Virus record (IMG/VR): IMGVR_UViG_3300027996_000041
Location: 1-55,788 of that record
DNA: 55,788 bases
Direction: 5' to 3' (one strand)
Origin: a virus
Taxonomy: Duplodnaviria; Caudoviricetes
The stretch's first letter is position 1. Each line of letters begins with the position of its first letter. Shown here in pieces: positions 24,260-34,485 of the stretch. Below the pieces are notes generated by a model, which saw only the letters and a program-made list of their open reading frames with translations, searched no databases and was not told where the DNA came from. The position numbers were made by a program, and so were the translations under genes.

Positions 24260-25471
24260 TTAACAACTACCATAAACACATCCCCTACTTACTTGTAAAC
24301 TATCAACTAAGTTACCGTCAATTGGGATGTTTAATGTTGTGATAGAATAATCATCTACTGCTTTAACAACAGGTTGTTTGCTTTTTGCGACCACTAAACA
24401 ATTACCTTGTGAGTCATTAAGTGTTATAGTATTATATGCTACATTACAATTTGAACCAGTCGCTAAAGAGTCTTCTATATAAGATTGGTTTAAACTTGTG
24501 TTAAAGTCTTTTGGTGTCATAATTATGTCTACCTGTAGTGTAGTGTTTGTATCTATGTCTGAAGCATTTAAATAAGCTTCCGATGAAGCAAAAGTAACCA
24601 TTGTGGTACCAGTACCCCCTGTACCACCAGACCAATTGAAGTTATTAACAAACGATTCAGCCCATATAAAACCTATACCCGAGTTATTAAATAATGCTCC
24701 AGCGGCAACATCTCTATTTGGTCCTAAAGGTGTTATTAATGGGGCAACTTGGTTTGTGTATTTATTAACTACACTATACCCATCGGACCATGTTTTAGCG
24801 GTAGAGCTACCACTCCACGGAACCCAATCAGTGGACATTAAAAGTGTTAATCCAGAATCGTATATGGACTTATTTGAGCTTGTCGAATTACGGGATTGTT
24901 GTTTTGTCTCTATAGTGGGGTTTGTTCCCATTTGATATACATACCCTATACCATAATCATTTGTAAACATCCTATTTGGTTCTGAATATGCCATATCTAT
25001 TTTCCATGGGTCACAAACAGAAGTTGTAGATTTAACCTTTAAACTTTCAGTATCTATATATGAAGAATATAATGTTGTTGAAGAAGTTGCTCCGGTAAAA
25101 GTACCGCCAGACAATGGTATTTTAATCTCTATATTTTGACCATTAATCGATTTTCTAAAGTTTTGACTACTTACTTCGAACATAATCATACCGTTAGTAC
25201 TGTAAGCATTTAATATAGATTCCCATAAGGTATCTTTCATTCCACCATCCGAATAGTCTACATTATATGAGTCAAATATTTTTTCACTGTTTAAATTAAA
25301 CATTGACCATAAACTATTATATTTGTTTGTTTTGAATCCTGCGTCATTTACGGAATCTAATTTTGTGAACTTTAGTTCAGAACCAAAAGCCATAGTAAAA
25401 ACACTTGACACATTTTTACCATTCGTGATTCTTTTTTGGTCTGCCGGTATTTGTTTTAAAAAAGTACTCAT
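24260..25471 (-). CDS. Putative tail/baseplate structural protein
   Basis: Ser/Thr/Gly-rich; C-terminal FNTSLN..ITLNDSQGNCLVVAKSKQPVVK is paralogous to the C-terminus of 27098..29158. Confidence 0.7.
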   Translation of the reverse strand: MSTFLKQIPADQKRITNGKNVSSVFTMAFGSELKFTKLDSVNDAGFKTNKYNSLWSMFNLNSEKIFDSYNVDYSDGGMKDTLWESILNAYSTNGMIMFEVSSQNFRKSINGQNIEIKIPLSGGTFTGATSSTTLYSSYIDTESLKVKSTTSVCDPWKIDMAYSEPNRMFTNDYGIGYVYQMGTNPTIETKQQSRNSTSSNKSIYDSGLTLLMSTDWVPWSGSSTAKTWSDGYSVVNKYTNQVAPLITPLGPNRDVAAGALFNNSGIGFIWAESFVNNFNWSGGTGGTGTTMVTFASSEAYLNASDIDTNTTLQVDIIMTPKDFNTSLNQSYIEDSLATGSNCNVAYNTITLNDSQGNCLVVAKSKQPVVKAVDDYSITTLNIPIDGNLVDSLQVSRGCVYGSC

Positions 25472-25716
25472 TATATATTGTTAGGTTTAATGCTTTTTAT
25501 TATAGTGCCTCCTTGAAAATGCCAAGGATTGTCTAATTGTAAAAAATCAATTCTTATTTTAGTGTTTATCTCATTGTTCTGTATGATAAATTCTTTATTC
25601 TTTGGTGAAATAAAATTATCTATAGTGGATACACCAGTATTATCGTTATTATCTGGTATTCTATTAGTGAACGTTTCTTGTCCACCATAATTTGAGTAAA
25701 ATCCTTTAGCTGCCAT
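25471..25716 (-). CDS. Small putative structural protein
   Basis: 81 aa, translationally coupled within the structural operon. Confidence 0.6.
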   Translation of the reverse strand: MAAKGFYSNYGGQETFTNRIPDNNDNTGVSTIDNFISPKNKEFIIQNNEINTKIRIDFLQLDNPWHFQGGTIIKSIKPNNI

Positions 25717-26867
25717 TAGTTTATTATGATTAATTCTGTAGAAACAGTATTTACGTTATAGTATAATTCATAAGTTAGTTCACCACCAACCTTCTTGTTT
25801 TGATAAGCCCTATTAAATTTCTTACCGCTCTTAGTGTCAAGCATGAAATTTATAACAAATCTATAAACACCTGTACTTACTTCCTCACCATTAGCCTTCA
25901 TAAATAGTTTTAATTTATCTGTTAAACCATCTATCGCTGGCTTATTATTATTATCTTTAAACCCATGCACCATATACGCAACACCATCTACACTTTCAAG
26001 GTTTTTATTCTCTTTATATTGGTATATCTTGTCATCTATCATTATAGCCGGATAAATTTGTTTATAAGCACCTGGGTTTGACTTTACTTTATTCTCCACA
26101 TCTCCAGTGTTTAAAAATGAACCGTCAGCTACATAACCCCATCTATCTACGATTAACCCTAAAGTATTAGATGTACCAAACACGTCCACCCCATCTATAA
26201 CCATAGTATCAAATGATAGTATCATGTTAGATGGGAACCTATTACTTGTTTGTCTATTAACGAATTTTTTAATTCCAGACGTAGTTAATTCCATATACTT
26301 AGGGTTCACTAGTTTATAATTGTTAACATCCTTAGCGGAAGGTAATCTATACGACACATCTAAATTAGACTGGTATGTTTCTGTTACGTCCCATGTTTTG
26401 GTTCCATAATTATACTCCTCTAAATAAGCTGAGATATAATCCCAAATCTTTATTTTTAACCCTGAAGATTTCCTACTGTAATCTGTCGATTTTAAAGCTG
26501 ACAAATCATCAATCCATTTATCTATGTTTACCCTAACTGTTATGTTATTTTTTTCAAATGGTATTGAACAATTTTCACTAACAAAAGATAATTTTACTCT
26601 ACTATCCAATGTTTGTATTTCTTCTGAACGTGGTGGGGTTATTGGTATAGGTTTTCTTTGTGAAAATGAACATGTCGGTATTTTTGTGGTACCTTCTCTA
26701 TTACCAGTTAAAGGTATTGTAAAAAAATTAGGTTTTACACTATCTTCTTCTACACCATATATGATTGATGCATCACTTACATTAAATGATGTTATCGAGT
26801 TTAATAAACCATTATTTAATAATGTTTTAAATCCTTCTTCTGTTATGTATGTGTCAAAATCAGCCAT
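25716..26867 (-). CDS. Putative structural protein
   Basis: N-terminal ITEEGFKTLLNNG..ITSFNVSD..IIY is paralogous to the neighbouring genes. Confidence 0.7.
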   Translation of the reverse strand: MADFDTYITEEGFKTLLNNGLLNSITSFNVSDASIIYGVEEDSVKPNFFTIPLTGNREGTTKIPTCSFSQRKPIPITPPRSEEIQTLDSRVKLSFVSENCSIPFEKNNITVRVNIDKWIDDLSALKSTDYSRKSSGLKIKIWDYISAYLEEYNYGTKTWDVTETYQSNLDVSYRLPSAKDVNNYKLVNPKYMELTTSGIKKFVNRQTSNRFPSNMILSFDTMVIDGVDVFGTSNTLGLIVDRWGYVADGSFLNTGDVENKVKSNPGAYKQIYPAIMIDDKIYQYKENKNLESVDGVAYMVHGFKDNNNKPAIDGLTDKLKLFMKANGEEVSTGVYRFVINFMLDTKSGKKFNRAYQNKKVGGELTYELYYNVNTVSTELIIIN

Positions 26868-27108
26868 TTCTTAATGGGTTTCTTAAACCGTTTATTATTA
26901 TTGTATAATTATTTTTCTTACCTACAATATCTGGTACTGGTTGGTCTGCTGTATTTAAAGTGTACATTACATTATCATCCCATAATGTAAAAGAACTTAT
27001 ATTTGAATATAAACCGTCACCTAACATAGTCTCCAAACCTTTTTCAGTAAAGATAATTTCAAATTTATTTTTTTCAATATCAACAAATCCCATTTCATTA
27101 TAAATCAA
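26860..27108 (-). CDS. Small putative structural protein
   Basis: FTEKGLETMLGDG..ISSFTLWDDNVMY paralogous module; the start may be the internal MGFVD. Confidence 0.65.
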   Translation of the reverse strand: MIYNEMGFVDIEKNKFEIIFTEKGLETMLGDGLYSNISSFTLWDDNVMYTLNTADQPVPDIVGKKNNYTIIINGLRNPLRNG

Positions 27109-29158
27109 AAGCCATTTCTATTATAACTGTACTAGTTGGCGTTTTTTCTATCGGTACATTCATTTTACCTATAACCACTAAATCAGCTCCACTATAAACA
27201 CCGACTTCCGTTATGTGAACATTTTGTCCACTACCAGGATAAGTAGGGTTTATTGATGTGTTATACTCTGTAGGTGATATTGTGAAATCAAATTTTGTTC
27301 TGTATTTATTTGTCACACCTTTGGTTACTACATTACCATAAAAGAATTTTTCATCGCCAAATTGTAATAACGTTGGTTCAGTTGTCAATGGTATATTTAT
27401 AAAATCATGTAAATTATATGTTGTTGCTGAATTAACATATAAATTATTTGTTATTGTAAAAGTACTATTTTCTAAATTCAGTTTATCTATTTTTTGACCT
27501 ACAACATGACTATCTATATCAGATGTTAAGTCAATCAACCTCCAACCATTAGGTGTTGGGTTAGACCCTAACACACTTCTTTGTACTACTGCGTAAAGAG
27601 TGTCAGCGTTCCAACCAGTCCCACCACTAATTTCCATAAATGGTAGTTGGCCAGATGGGAAATTAAGTGTTAAAGCTTTTGATTCTGTAGGTGGGCAATC
27701 ACCACCTAGTGACTCAAAACTACTACAAACAATATAATTACAATGTAACCCTGTTGTATACCCACTATTTGAAGCTAATAAGTATGTGACATATAAAACT
27801 TGTGTACCGTCTATAACACCATCCAAACTACCTAGTAAGTTAACATTTAATTTAGGTAACGTCCAATTTCTATTACTTTTATATGACATTGCTGAAACAA
27901 GTTCTTGGTCATCTATTGTGAATGTGTGTAACTGTGGAAAAACTCTCCCAACCTTATTACTAAATTCATCCACTAAATTAACGTACTCTATATCTGTATC
28001 AATACCACCCAATGTAACATATCTTGTGTCACCTGACCCTATGAAGGTGTGTCCCATGGTTGTTCCAGTAACTTCTTTATGCCACATTAATGTCGGCATT
28101 ACTAAGCTTGGGTAGTATTTTTCATTTAAACTATTGTTAATGTAAAATTGTTGCCCCATTCTTTTCTCGGTTTGGTTTTCGCATGTTTGTGGGTTGCTAT
28201 AGTGTATAACGCCTATTGAACTAACTAAATCACAGAACGTTCTAGCTGATGGTGCGATATCACCATCAGCGAGTGTTTCTGGTTGTAGCTCAGATGTGTA
28301 ACCGTAATATTCTTTTGTACCAATAAAATCTTCAGAACCATAGAATTCAAAACCTTCATAAGTACCAGTAATAATACCTGCTTGATTTTGAGACCATACA
28401 TTATTCATGTTCCAAACCGTACCACCACTATAAAAACCACCGCTAGAAAATGTATTTCCAGTTCCAGGATAGAAAGAAGCCCAACATTCGTTAGTTCCAG
28501 AATAACTTGGGAAGTAAGCGAAATCTCTGTCTATATTAATTTGTAGATTATTTGAAGCTAAATCGCCCGAGACATTCTGTACTTTATACCATAAATAAGG
28601 TACGGGTACATTTGTTAAGTTTTGACTTAACGTTGTGGATAACTCATCATTATTCATTTTAACAAGCATATAATCCCCAATCTTTGGTTCGTATGTATTT
28701 GAGCCATATGTCGTTGATTGTCTAACTGGTACAAACATTGTCGACCCAGTTAAACCACTAAGCGGTATTACAGTGTCAGATTGATATGAATAATCTGTTG
28801 AGGTTTGTGATGTGTATGTAACACTAGTACCTGTTGTACCACTAATAAAAAACCCTAATTCTGGTGAGTCTATTATTGTTTGTATAATATTGTCATACAA
28901 ATTCCCTACAGCAATACTTGGTGAAGTACTGGTTGGTGTTGGGTATAATGGTGTTTTTAGGTCTGGATTATTAGATTTAGCTCTTAAATCAATATTGTTT
29001 GATATGTCATACCCAACGCCTAAGGTTGAATAATCTATTTCAGAATCCCCTAATTTAAAGGTGTCAAAAGTTAATAACCCCTTGGATAATAATTGTCTAC
29101 CTTTGTCTGTAAGTCTAGCACTTATTACTATATTACTATTTTTATCGATATAACTCAC
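27098..29158 (-). CDS. Tail-collar/fibre-attachment-like structural protein
   Basis: N-terminal LTDKGRQLL..F.LGD and C-terminal ITEVGVY..LVVIGK..PIEK resemble DUF3751-type tail-collar fibre motifs; GTG start; TATTTATA at 29174-29181. Confidence 0.7.
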   Translation of the reverse strand: MSYIDKNSNIVISARLTDKGRQLLSKGLLTFDTFKLGDSEIDYSTLGVGYDISNNIDLRAKSNNPDLKTPLYPTPTSTSPSIAVGNLYDNIIQTIIDSPELGFFISGTTGTSVTYTSQTSTDYSYQSDTVIPLSGLTGSTMFVPVRQSTTYGSNTYEPKIGDYMLVKMNNDELSTTLSQNLTNVPVPYLWYKVQNVSGDLASNNLQINIDRDFAYFPSYSGTNECWASFYPGTGNTFSSGGFYSGGTVWNMNNVWSQNQAGIITGTYEGFEFYGSEDFIGTKEYYGYTSELQPETLADGDIAPSARTFCDLVSSIGVIHYSNPQTCENQTEKRMGQQFYINNSLNEKYYPSLVMPTLMWHKEVTGTTMGHTFIGSGDTRYVTLGGIDTDIEYVNLVDEFSNKVGRVFPQLHTFTIDDQELVSAMSYKSNRNWTLPKLNVNLLGSLDGVIDGTQVLYVTYLLASNSGYTTGLHCNYIVCSSFESLGGDCPPTESKALTLNFPSGQLPFMEISGGTGWNADTLYAVVQRSVLGSNPTPNGWRLIDLTSDIDSHVVGQKIDKLNLENSTFTITNNLYVNSATTYNLHDFINIPLTTEPTLLQFGDEKFFYGNVVTKGVTNKYRTKFDFTISPTEYNTSINPTYPGSGQNVHITEVGVYSGADLVVIGKMNVPIEKTPTSTVIIEMAFDL

Positions 29159-29191
29159 TTCTAATCATTTTTATATAAATATGTTATTATT

Positions 29192-32100
29192 TTAATTTAC
29201 GAAATATTCCTTCCGTAATTTTTCAATTGCTGTCTTTCCTCCGTTTATACCAAAGTAATAATATGGTATATTTTTACTAGCGTTATGTGTGGAACCAGGA
29301 CCTGTAGGGGGGTCGTTAGCTTGTTTATCTTCACCTGACCATGGTAACGTGGGTTGATTACAGTCAGTCCCACTTGTTTGACCACAAGGACTAAATCTTT
29401 GCCCTAATGTATTATCGAATATATACCCACTTATTACTGATGCGTCATCATATTCCGCAATTCCTGGGGCGAATTGTTCTCCCTCTACATTAATATTGGA
29501 TTGTACTGTTACTATGTCATTATAAATTTTAGGTATTTCTTTGACGTATTGGTAATACTTATTCTTTAATTCATTTTCATGACATCCCTGACCCCTCTCA
29601 AATAACCCATTAACCTTACAGTTTTCAAGACCTACGATATATTTTAAAACGTCTACTGGGTCTTGGTAACTGGAGTGTCCCATGTTATTACTCCAAAACT
29701 CTGGGTCCCACCCATCTTCATAAAATGTACCAGTAAAAAACTCAGGACCTTGTTTATATAAATCAAAAACACAATCATTAGCGTTAACACATTCTTCTAT
29801 TTCATTTAATGTGTCTGGACACATCTCTACTCTACCTAAAGATACTATCTTAGTTGATGAATAATTGTTGCAGTAAATGTTATCACCAATATCTGTTGCT
29901 CCATTACCACAAGCCAACCCACCAAGGCTAGATGACCAACAATTACCTTCTACAGTATCGTTATGCCAATGTCTATGATAGTTTTCTATATAATCCACCG
30001 GTTTGTCACTAGATTCACTACCCCTTACTAAACATTTTTCACACCCCCTATTTATACCACCTATTTGAATTCCATCGTGTGGACAACATTGATTTCCGCC
30101 ATAATTGTTCCCACTTTTTTTATCAGAACCAGGTCCACAAAATTTTTCTTTTAATTGTTCTACTCCGTTTACCTTTGTTATTTTAGATTTGTATTTGTAC
30201 TGAAATAAATATAGTGTACCAACTATCCACGCGTCAAATAAACATCTTCTAATAACGTTTCTTTTTTCAGCTAACTCTATAATTCTACAACATAACCATT
30301 CTTGAATGGTATCCATTGCCTCACAATTGTCTTCACTAGGTATAATCGAGAATCCTTTAAAGCAAATGGTAGGGTTAGTTGGGCAACTGGAATTTGGGTC
30401 ATTTGCGTTTGTTGGACACCCACACGCCGATGGAACACATATGATATCAGGACAATTTATGGTGGTATTACAGCTATTGGAACTACAACCAGCGGTACCA
30501 TCACAAGGAGCTCCGTTATCAGCACCACAGACACCACCTGGACAATTAGTACATACACAATAAGAGGTTCCGGCACAATCTAAAGCAAACCCTCTATAAC
30601 CCTGTCCTACACCATAGAGCTCGTCACAATACGCTCCGTCCTCATCATCTACGAATTTGCCCATAACATCCCCAAGCCACACAAATGGTTGAATTATAAT
30701 GGCTCTGTAAAATCTAAATATACATATTGTATTGTTGAATATACTAAAACTAGCGGAAATACCAAAATAGAAACCGAACTTTAAACCTATTAATAGTATT
30801 ATAAGTTTCATGAACATTGCACCAATCTTTAGGAAAAAACTGCCTAACCCGAATAAAAAATCGGCCTTTTTCATTGCCGTATTAAATGGCATTGGGTTAT
30901 TGTTTGACCCATTACCGTCAGTATTTTTTAAACCTAAAAAACTCCACCTATTAGAACCCTTTTTATATTTTTTAATATAATTAGCGACAGTGTATAGTTG
31001 TTTCCATTCAAATAGTTGGAAGTCTCTATCAATATCTTTATAGTCACGTATGTCATCTGTAAATCTTTGGTCTTCAGTTCCTCCTATGTAGGATTGTTGT
31101 CCCGTACTTGTATACCCCTTGGAACCACCATGTAATGAACTTAAGCTAGGCACTATCATATTTGCGGTCCTTCTTTTACGGTTAGCGGGTGCTTCGTTAA
31201 AGGACATTTTCATCCTATAATAAGCTTTTGTAGGTAAACCTATCTGTGGGTCGGCTGACGCGACTAACTTTCCTGATTCATCTGTAATAACTGTACCGAC
31301 ATTCATAGGCAAAGGAAACGCGAATGTACCATCATCATCTATTAAATCACCCCCTTTAATATCAAAAAATTCTAGGCCTGTTGCCTCTATTTTTTTATTA
31401 ACAACCCACTCTACTGGGTTTATTTTGCTCGCTCTAATAAAATTTATTTTTCCTGCCCCAGTTCTAAGTTCCGCTGACTCTCCTTGGTCGTTAGTTGGGT
31501 TACACCTTTTACTTATTGAGTTTTTTTCACTATCTGAAAATATAGACCCCATAAATAAAGCTGTAGGTACAATGTCTGTGTTTGTGTCTAAATCCACCCT
31601 TGTTATACCTATTTCACAATTTTCTGGGTCACCCCAAAATGGTATAACGTCTATACCTTGGTTTGTTGTCTTTACTTGTGGTAATGTGTCAATATTTGAC
31701 GATGTTTTGAACTCTGATGTACTTTCAAAAAACCCTAAAGGGGCTCCTTGTGCGATTAAATCATACGGCCTAACACTTAAAAGTCCGGCATCACTTAAGT
31801 CCACATCCATGTGTACTAACCTTTCACCCGTTGGAACACCGAATAACATGTAATCCCCAGATTCATTAGTTTTTGTGGTATATTTAAAGTATTTTTCAAA
31901 AACTTCTATGACCAAGTCGTTGGATAGTAACGTTTCTTTATCGGGAAAAGTACCTACCGCCTTATTTAAGTCACACGTTGTTCTGTTTAATAGTAAGTTA
32001 TATCTAATGCCATCTTTTCTTTCAGGTGATATGTATGGGTATAAGTCTTTTATTAATAGATTTTTTTCATCCTCACTACTTATTGGTACAAATACGGATA

Positions 32101-32314
32101 CTTTAGCGTTAGGTACACCAAAACCCTTATTAGCTATCACCCTACCAATCACAACACCATAATTAGCACAAAAATTAGTGTATAAATCTTCTTGTGAAAT
32201 TTTTAAACTTAAAACCTCTAAAAAATCAAAACTTTGTTCTAATTTTAAAGTTAAATGTTTATCATCACCACCTGGTGTTGTACGTAATCTTATAGTTTTA
32301 TTTAGTTTTTCCAT
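29192..32314 (-). CDS. Large Cys-rich putative virion protein
   Basis: N-terminal GRV..GVPNAKVSVF..TNESGDY (prealbumin/carboxypeptidase-regulatory-like), central hydrophobic stretch, Cys-rich C-half. Confidence 0.75.
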   Translation of the reverse strand: MEKLNKTIRLRTTPGGDDKHLTLKLEQSFDFLEVLSLKISQEDLYTNFCANYGVVIGRVIANKGFGVPNAKVSVFVPISSEDEKNLLIKDLYPYISPERKDGIRYNLLLNRTTCDLNKAVGTFPDKETLLSNDLVIEVFEKYFKYTTKTNESGDYMLFGVPTGERLVHMDVDLSDAGLLSVRPYDLIAQGAPLGFFESTSEFKTSSNIDTLPQVKTTNQGIDVIPFWGDPENCEIGITRVDLDTNTDIVPTALFMGSIFSDSEKNSISKRCNPTNDQGESAELRTGAGKINFIRASKINPVEWVVNKKIEATGLEFFDIKGGDLIDDDGTFAFPLPMNVGTVITDESGKLVASADPQIGLPTKAYYRMKMSFNEAPANRKRRTANMIVPSLSSLHGGSKGYTSTGQQSYIGGTEDQRFTDDIRDYKDIDRDFQLFEWKQLYTVANYIKKYKKGSNRWSFLGLKNTDGNGSNNNPMPFNTAMKKADFLFGLGSFFLKIGAMFMKLIILLIGLKFGFYFGISASFSIFNNTICIFRFYRAIIIQPFVWLGDVMGKFVDDEDGAYCDELYGVGQGYRGFALDCAGTSYCVCTNCPGGVCGADNGAPCDGTAGCSSNSCNTTINCPDIICVPSACGCPTNANDPNSSCPTNPTICFKGFSIIPSEDNCEAMDTIQEWLCCRIIELAEKRNVIRRCLFDAWIVGTLYLFQYKYKSKITKVNGVEQLKEKFCGPGSDKKSGNNYGGNQCCPHDGIQIGGINRGCEKCLVRGSESSDKPVDYIENYHRHWHNDTVEGNCWSSSLGGLACGNGATDIGDNIYCNNYSSTKIVSLGRVEMCPDTLNEIEECVNANDCVFDLYKQGPEFFTGTFYEDGWDPEFWSNNMGHSSYQDPVDVLKYIVGLENCKVNGLFERGQGCHENELKNKYYQYVKEIPKIYNDIVTVQSNINVEGEQFAPGIAEYDDASVISGYIFDNTLGQRFSPCGQTSGTDCNQPTLPWSGEDKQANDPPTGPGSTHNASKNIPYYYFGINGGKTAIEKLRKEYFVN

Positions 32315-33864
32315 TAATAACCATAAATTATTTTATCATTTTTAGTGTTAAATTCACCCACAACATTAGAGCTTGTTATGATACTTTCTTTTAAAATATT
32401 TTTATATGTTTTTTCAAATATCACCCTAAACTTATAGTCTTTATTAACCCCTAAATTAATTATGTCTGTCTGATATGTCACATCGTTAATATTATATTTG
32501 ACATATTTTGTTGTAAATAAACTAACCCAATTAGTGTCAGATTTTTCAGTAACTTCTACCTTAAATAAACCGGTGTTATTTTTTGGTTCCCTTATTGGGG
32601 TGACCTTCCATGGTATGGTGACACTGTCTTTATCTAAAGTACCTAGATTATTATACACATCTAATCTAGTTTTAAAATACCAAAAAGAAAGTATATCACC
32701 CTTTTTAATAGTTATAAAGTGTGGGTTAAATATTATCTTGTTCGGTGTTGTTGAACTTTCATAGAACTCTATACCCGAAACTAATTTTACACCATTTAAA
32801 ACCCCCACAATTACTGAGTTTGAGTCAAAATCTGAGGTTAAAAACACCTCTTGAGTACCTTTTACTGTGTTAGTATTAACTATATTTACTGTAGAAGCTG
32901 ACACATCTTCTGTAAACCCAGTAACTTTGAACGTGTCTATATTAAATTTGTCTTGTCTACTCATCCCCAGGGCTGTTAAAAAACTTTGTGGCCCAATTAA
33001 GTAAACTATCGCTATTATATCTGTAGACTCTATTTCACCACTAAATATATTCACTATTGGTGTTGTTGATGGGAATAAGGATGTATCTAAACTATAATCT
33101 AAATTTTCTGTTAGCCTAATGCCGTTAACATATAGGTTTATTTTATTACCAAGTGGTTGACTAGCTAAATTAAAAAAGTTTTGATATGCACTCCCTTGTA
33201 TTATTTGTTGGGTTAACTCTACGCTATTCACTAAATCGGATGGTGTGTTAACAATGCTTGGTTGTGATGGGTTTGTAACCGTAGTAAAGTACCAATCATA
33301 ATTAAAATTAAAATTGTTTAACTGGTTTGAGTTTTTCCATGTGTCCACATCTTTCTTTATACAGTCTTTAGGTGTGAACTTGTAATAACTCCTTAACATA
33401 TAATCACTATTTGTAAAAGGTAGGCCACCCACACTAATAACACTATTTAAAGTTGTTGATGTTAGTGCACTAAATGCGTAACATTTTTGATAGGTAGGGG
33501 TAACGTTATTTAATGTTTTATTAGCGTTGTTTAGTACAAAATTAGACCTATTGTATATTTTATAACAAAAATTACCAGTATACCCAGTATAATCTGTAGA
33601 ACCAGTAAAATTAAAACCTAAATCAGTCTCTTGGACTTCTGAAAAATTATATACGGAATAGCAGTTTGTTGGGGTGCCACTGCACGGTGTTGTCGCCCCT
33701 GTTATAGGTTTTGTTGCCCCACTTAACCAATATGTTGGGCCTTCAAACGGTTCGAAACAAAAATTAGTGACAGAGTTAACATTATAAATGTTACTTAAAC
33801 CTAAGTCCCTATCTAAATCCCTATCTAGATATTTATTTTCTTTTATTTTACATAAAAATCCCAT
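32314..33864 (-). CDS. Putative virion structural protein
   Basis: Two LYVNG/VLNG..L....DY/EFY beta-repeat modules; located in the structural operon. Confidence 0.7.
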   Translation of the reverse strand: MGFLCKIKENKYLDRDLDRDLGLSNIYNVNSVTNFCFEPFEGPTYWLSGATKPITGATTPCSGTPTNCYSVYNFSEVQETDLGFNFTGSTDYTGYTGNFCYKIYNRSNFVLNNANKTLNNVTPTYQKCYAFSALTSTTLNSVISVGGLPFTNSDYMLRSYYKFTPKDCIKKDVDTWKNSNQLNNFNFNYDWYFTTVTNPSQPSIVNTPSDLVNSVELTQQIIQGSAYQNFFNLASQPLGNKINLYVNGIRLTENLDYSLDTSLFPSTTPIVNIFSGEIESTDIIAIVYLIGPQSFLTALGMSRQDKFNIDTFKVTGFTEDVSASTVNIVNTNTVKGTQEVFLTSDFDSNSVIVGVLNGVKLVSGIEFYESSTTPNKIIFNPHFITIKKGDILSFWYFKTRLDVYNNLGTLDKDSVTIPWKVTPIREPKNNTGLFKVEVTEKSDTNWVSLFTTKYVKYNINDVTYQTDIINLGVNKDYKFRVIFEKTYKNILKESIITSSNVVGEFNTKNDKIIYGY

Positions 33865-34415
33865 TATTCAGTTATTGTTTGTGTTGGTTGTAATCTATCT
33901 TGGTATAGTTGTTTTCTTTTTTTTCTATCGTCTAAGTTAGTGACTATCAAAGGTTTTATTGTTGTTTTACCGTATTCTTTGGGTAGTGGGTTAATTTTTA
34001 CTGTGTCTGTTGATATTGGCCCATTTTTTGTTGACTCATAATCTAACGGACTAAATGTTGTGTTATTTATATCTGCGTTTACAGTGTTTGGGTCATAACT
34101 TTTTGACTTACCGTTGGCAATTCTTCTTCCTCCGTTTGTAGCACTATTTGGTATAGTGGTGACTTCACCCTCAACAAACTCATAATCAAAATCACACTCA
34201 TCATATTGTGTACATATCTCGTCTTCTCTGTTACACCATTTTTCACCAGAAACAAAGATAGTTGTAGCTGGTATAAATTGTTCAACAAACTGTACCCAAA
34301 AACTTTGGAAGGTCTTTTTGTACCCTTCTAGTTGTAATAAAGTTATTTTTTGTTCACAATATTTTTTATTAAAATCAGCTTTTACTGTTACGATATTAGT
34401 GTTATGACTACTCAT
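33864..34415 (-). CDS. Putative baseplate-associated protein
   Basis: WVQFVEQFIPATT motif reminiscent of the C-terminal part of baseplate wedge gp7/I-like proteins. Confidence 0.6.
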   Translation of the reverse strand: MSSHNTNIVTVKADFNKKYCEQKITLLQLEGYKKTFQSFWVQFVEQFIPATTIFVSGEKWCNREDEICTQYDECDFDYEFVEGEVTTIPNSATNGGRRIANGKSKSYDPNTVNADINNTTFSPLDYESTKNGPISTDTVKINPLPKEYGKTTIKPLIVTNLDDRKKRKQLYQDRLQPTQTITE

Positions 34416-34485
34416 TTTTTATTTATTATATTTAGTTTAAATGTTATATATCTATTAGTTAATTTAAGTGTTTAATTTATACATC

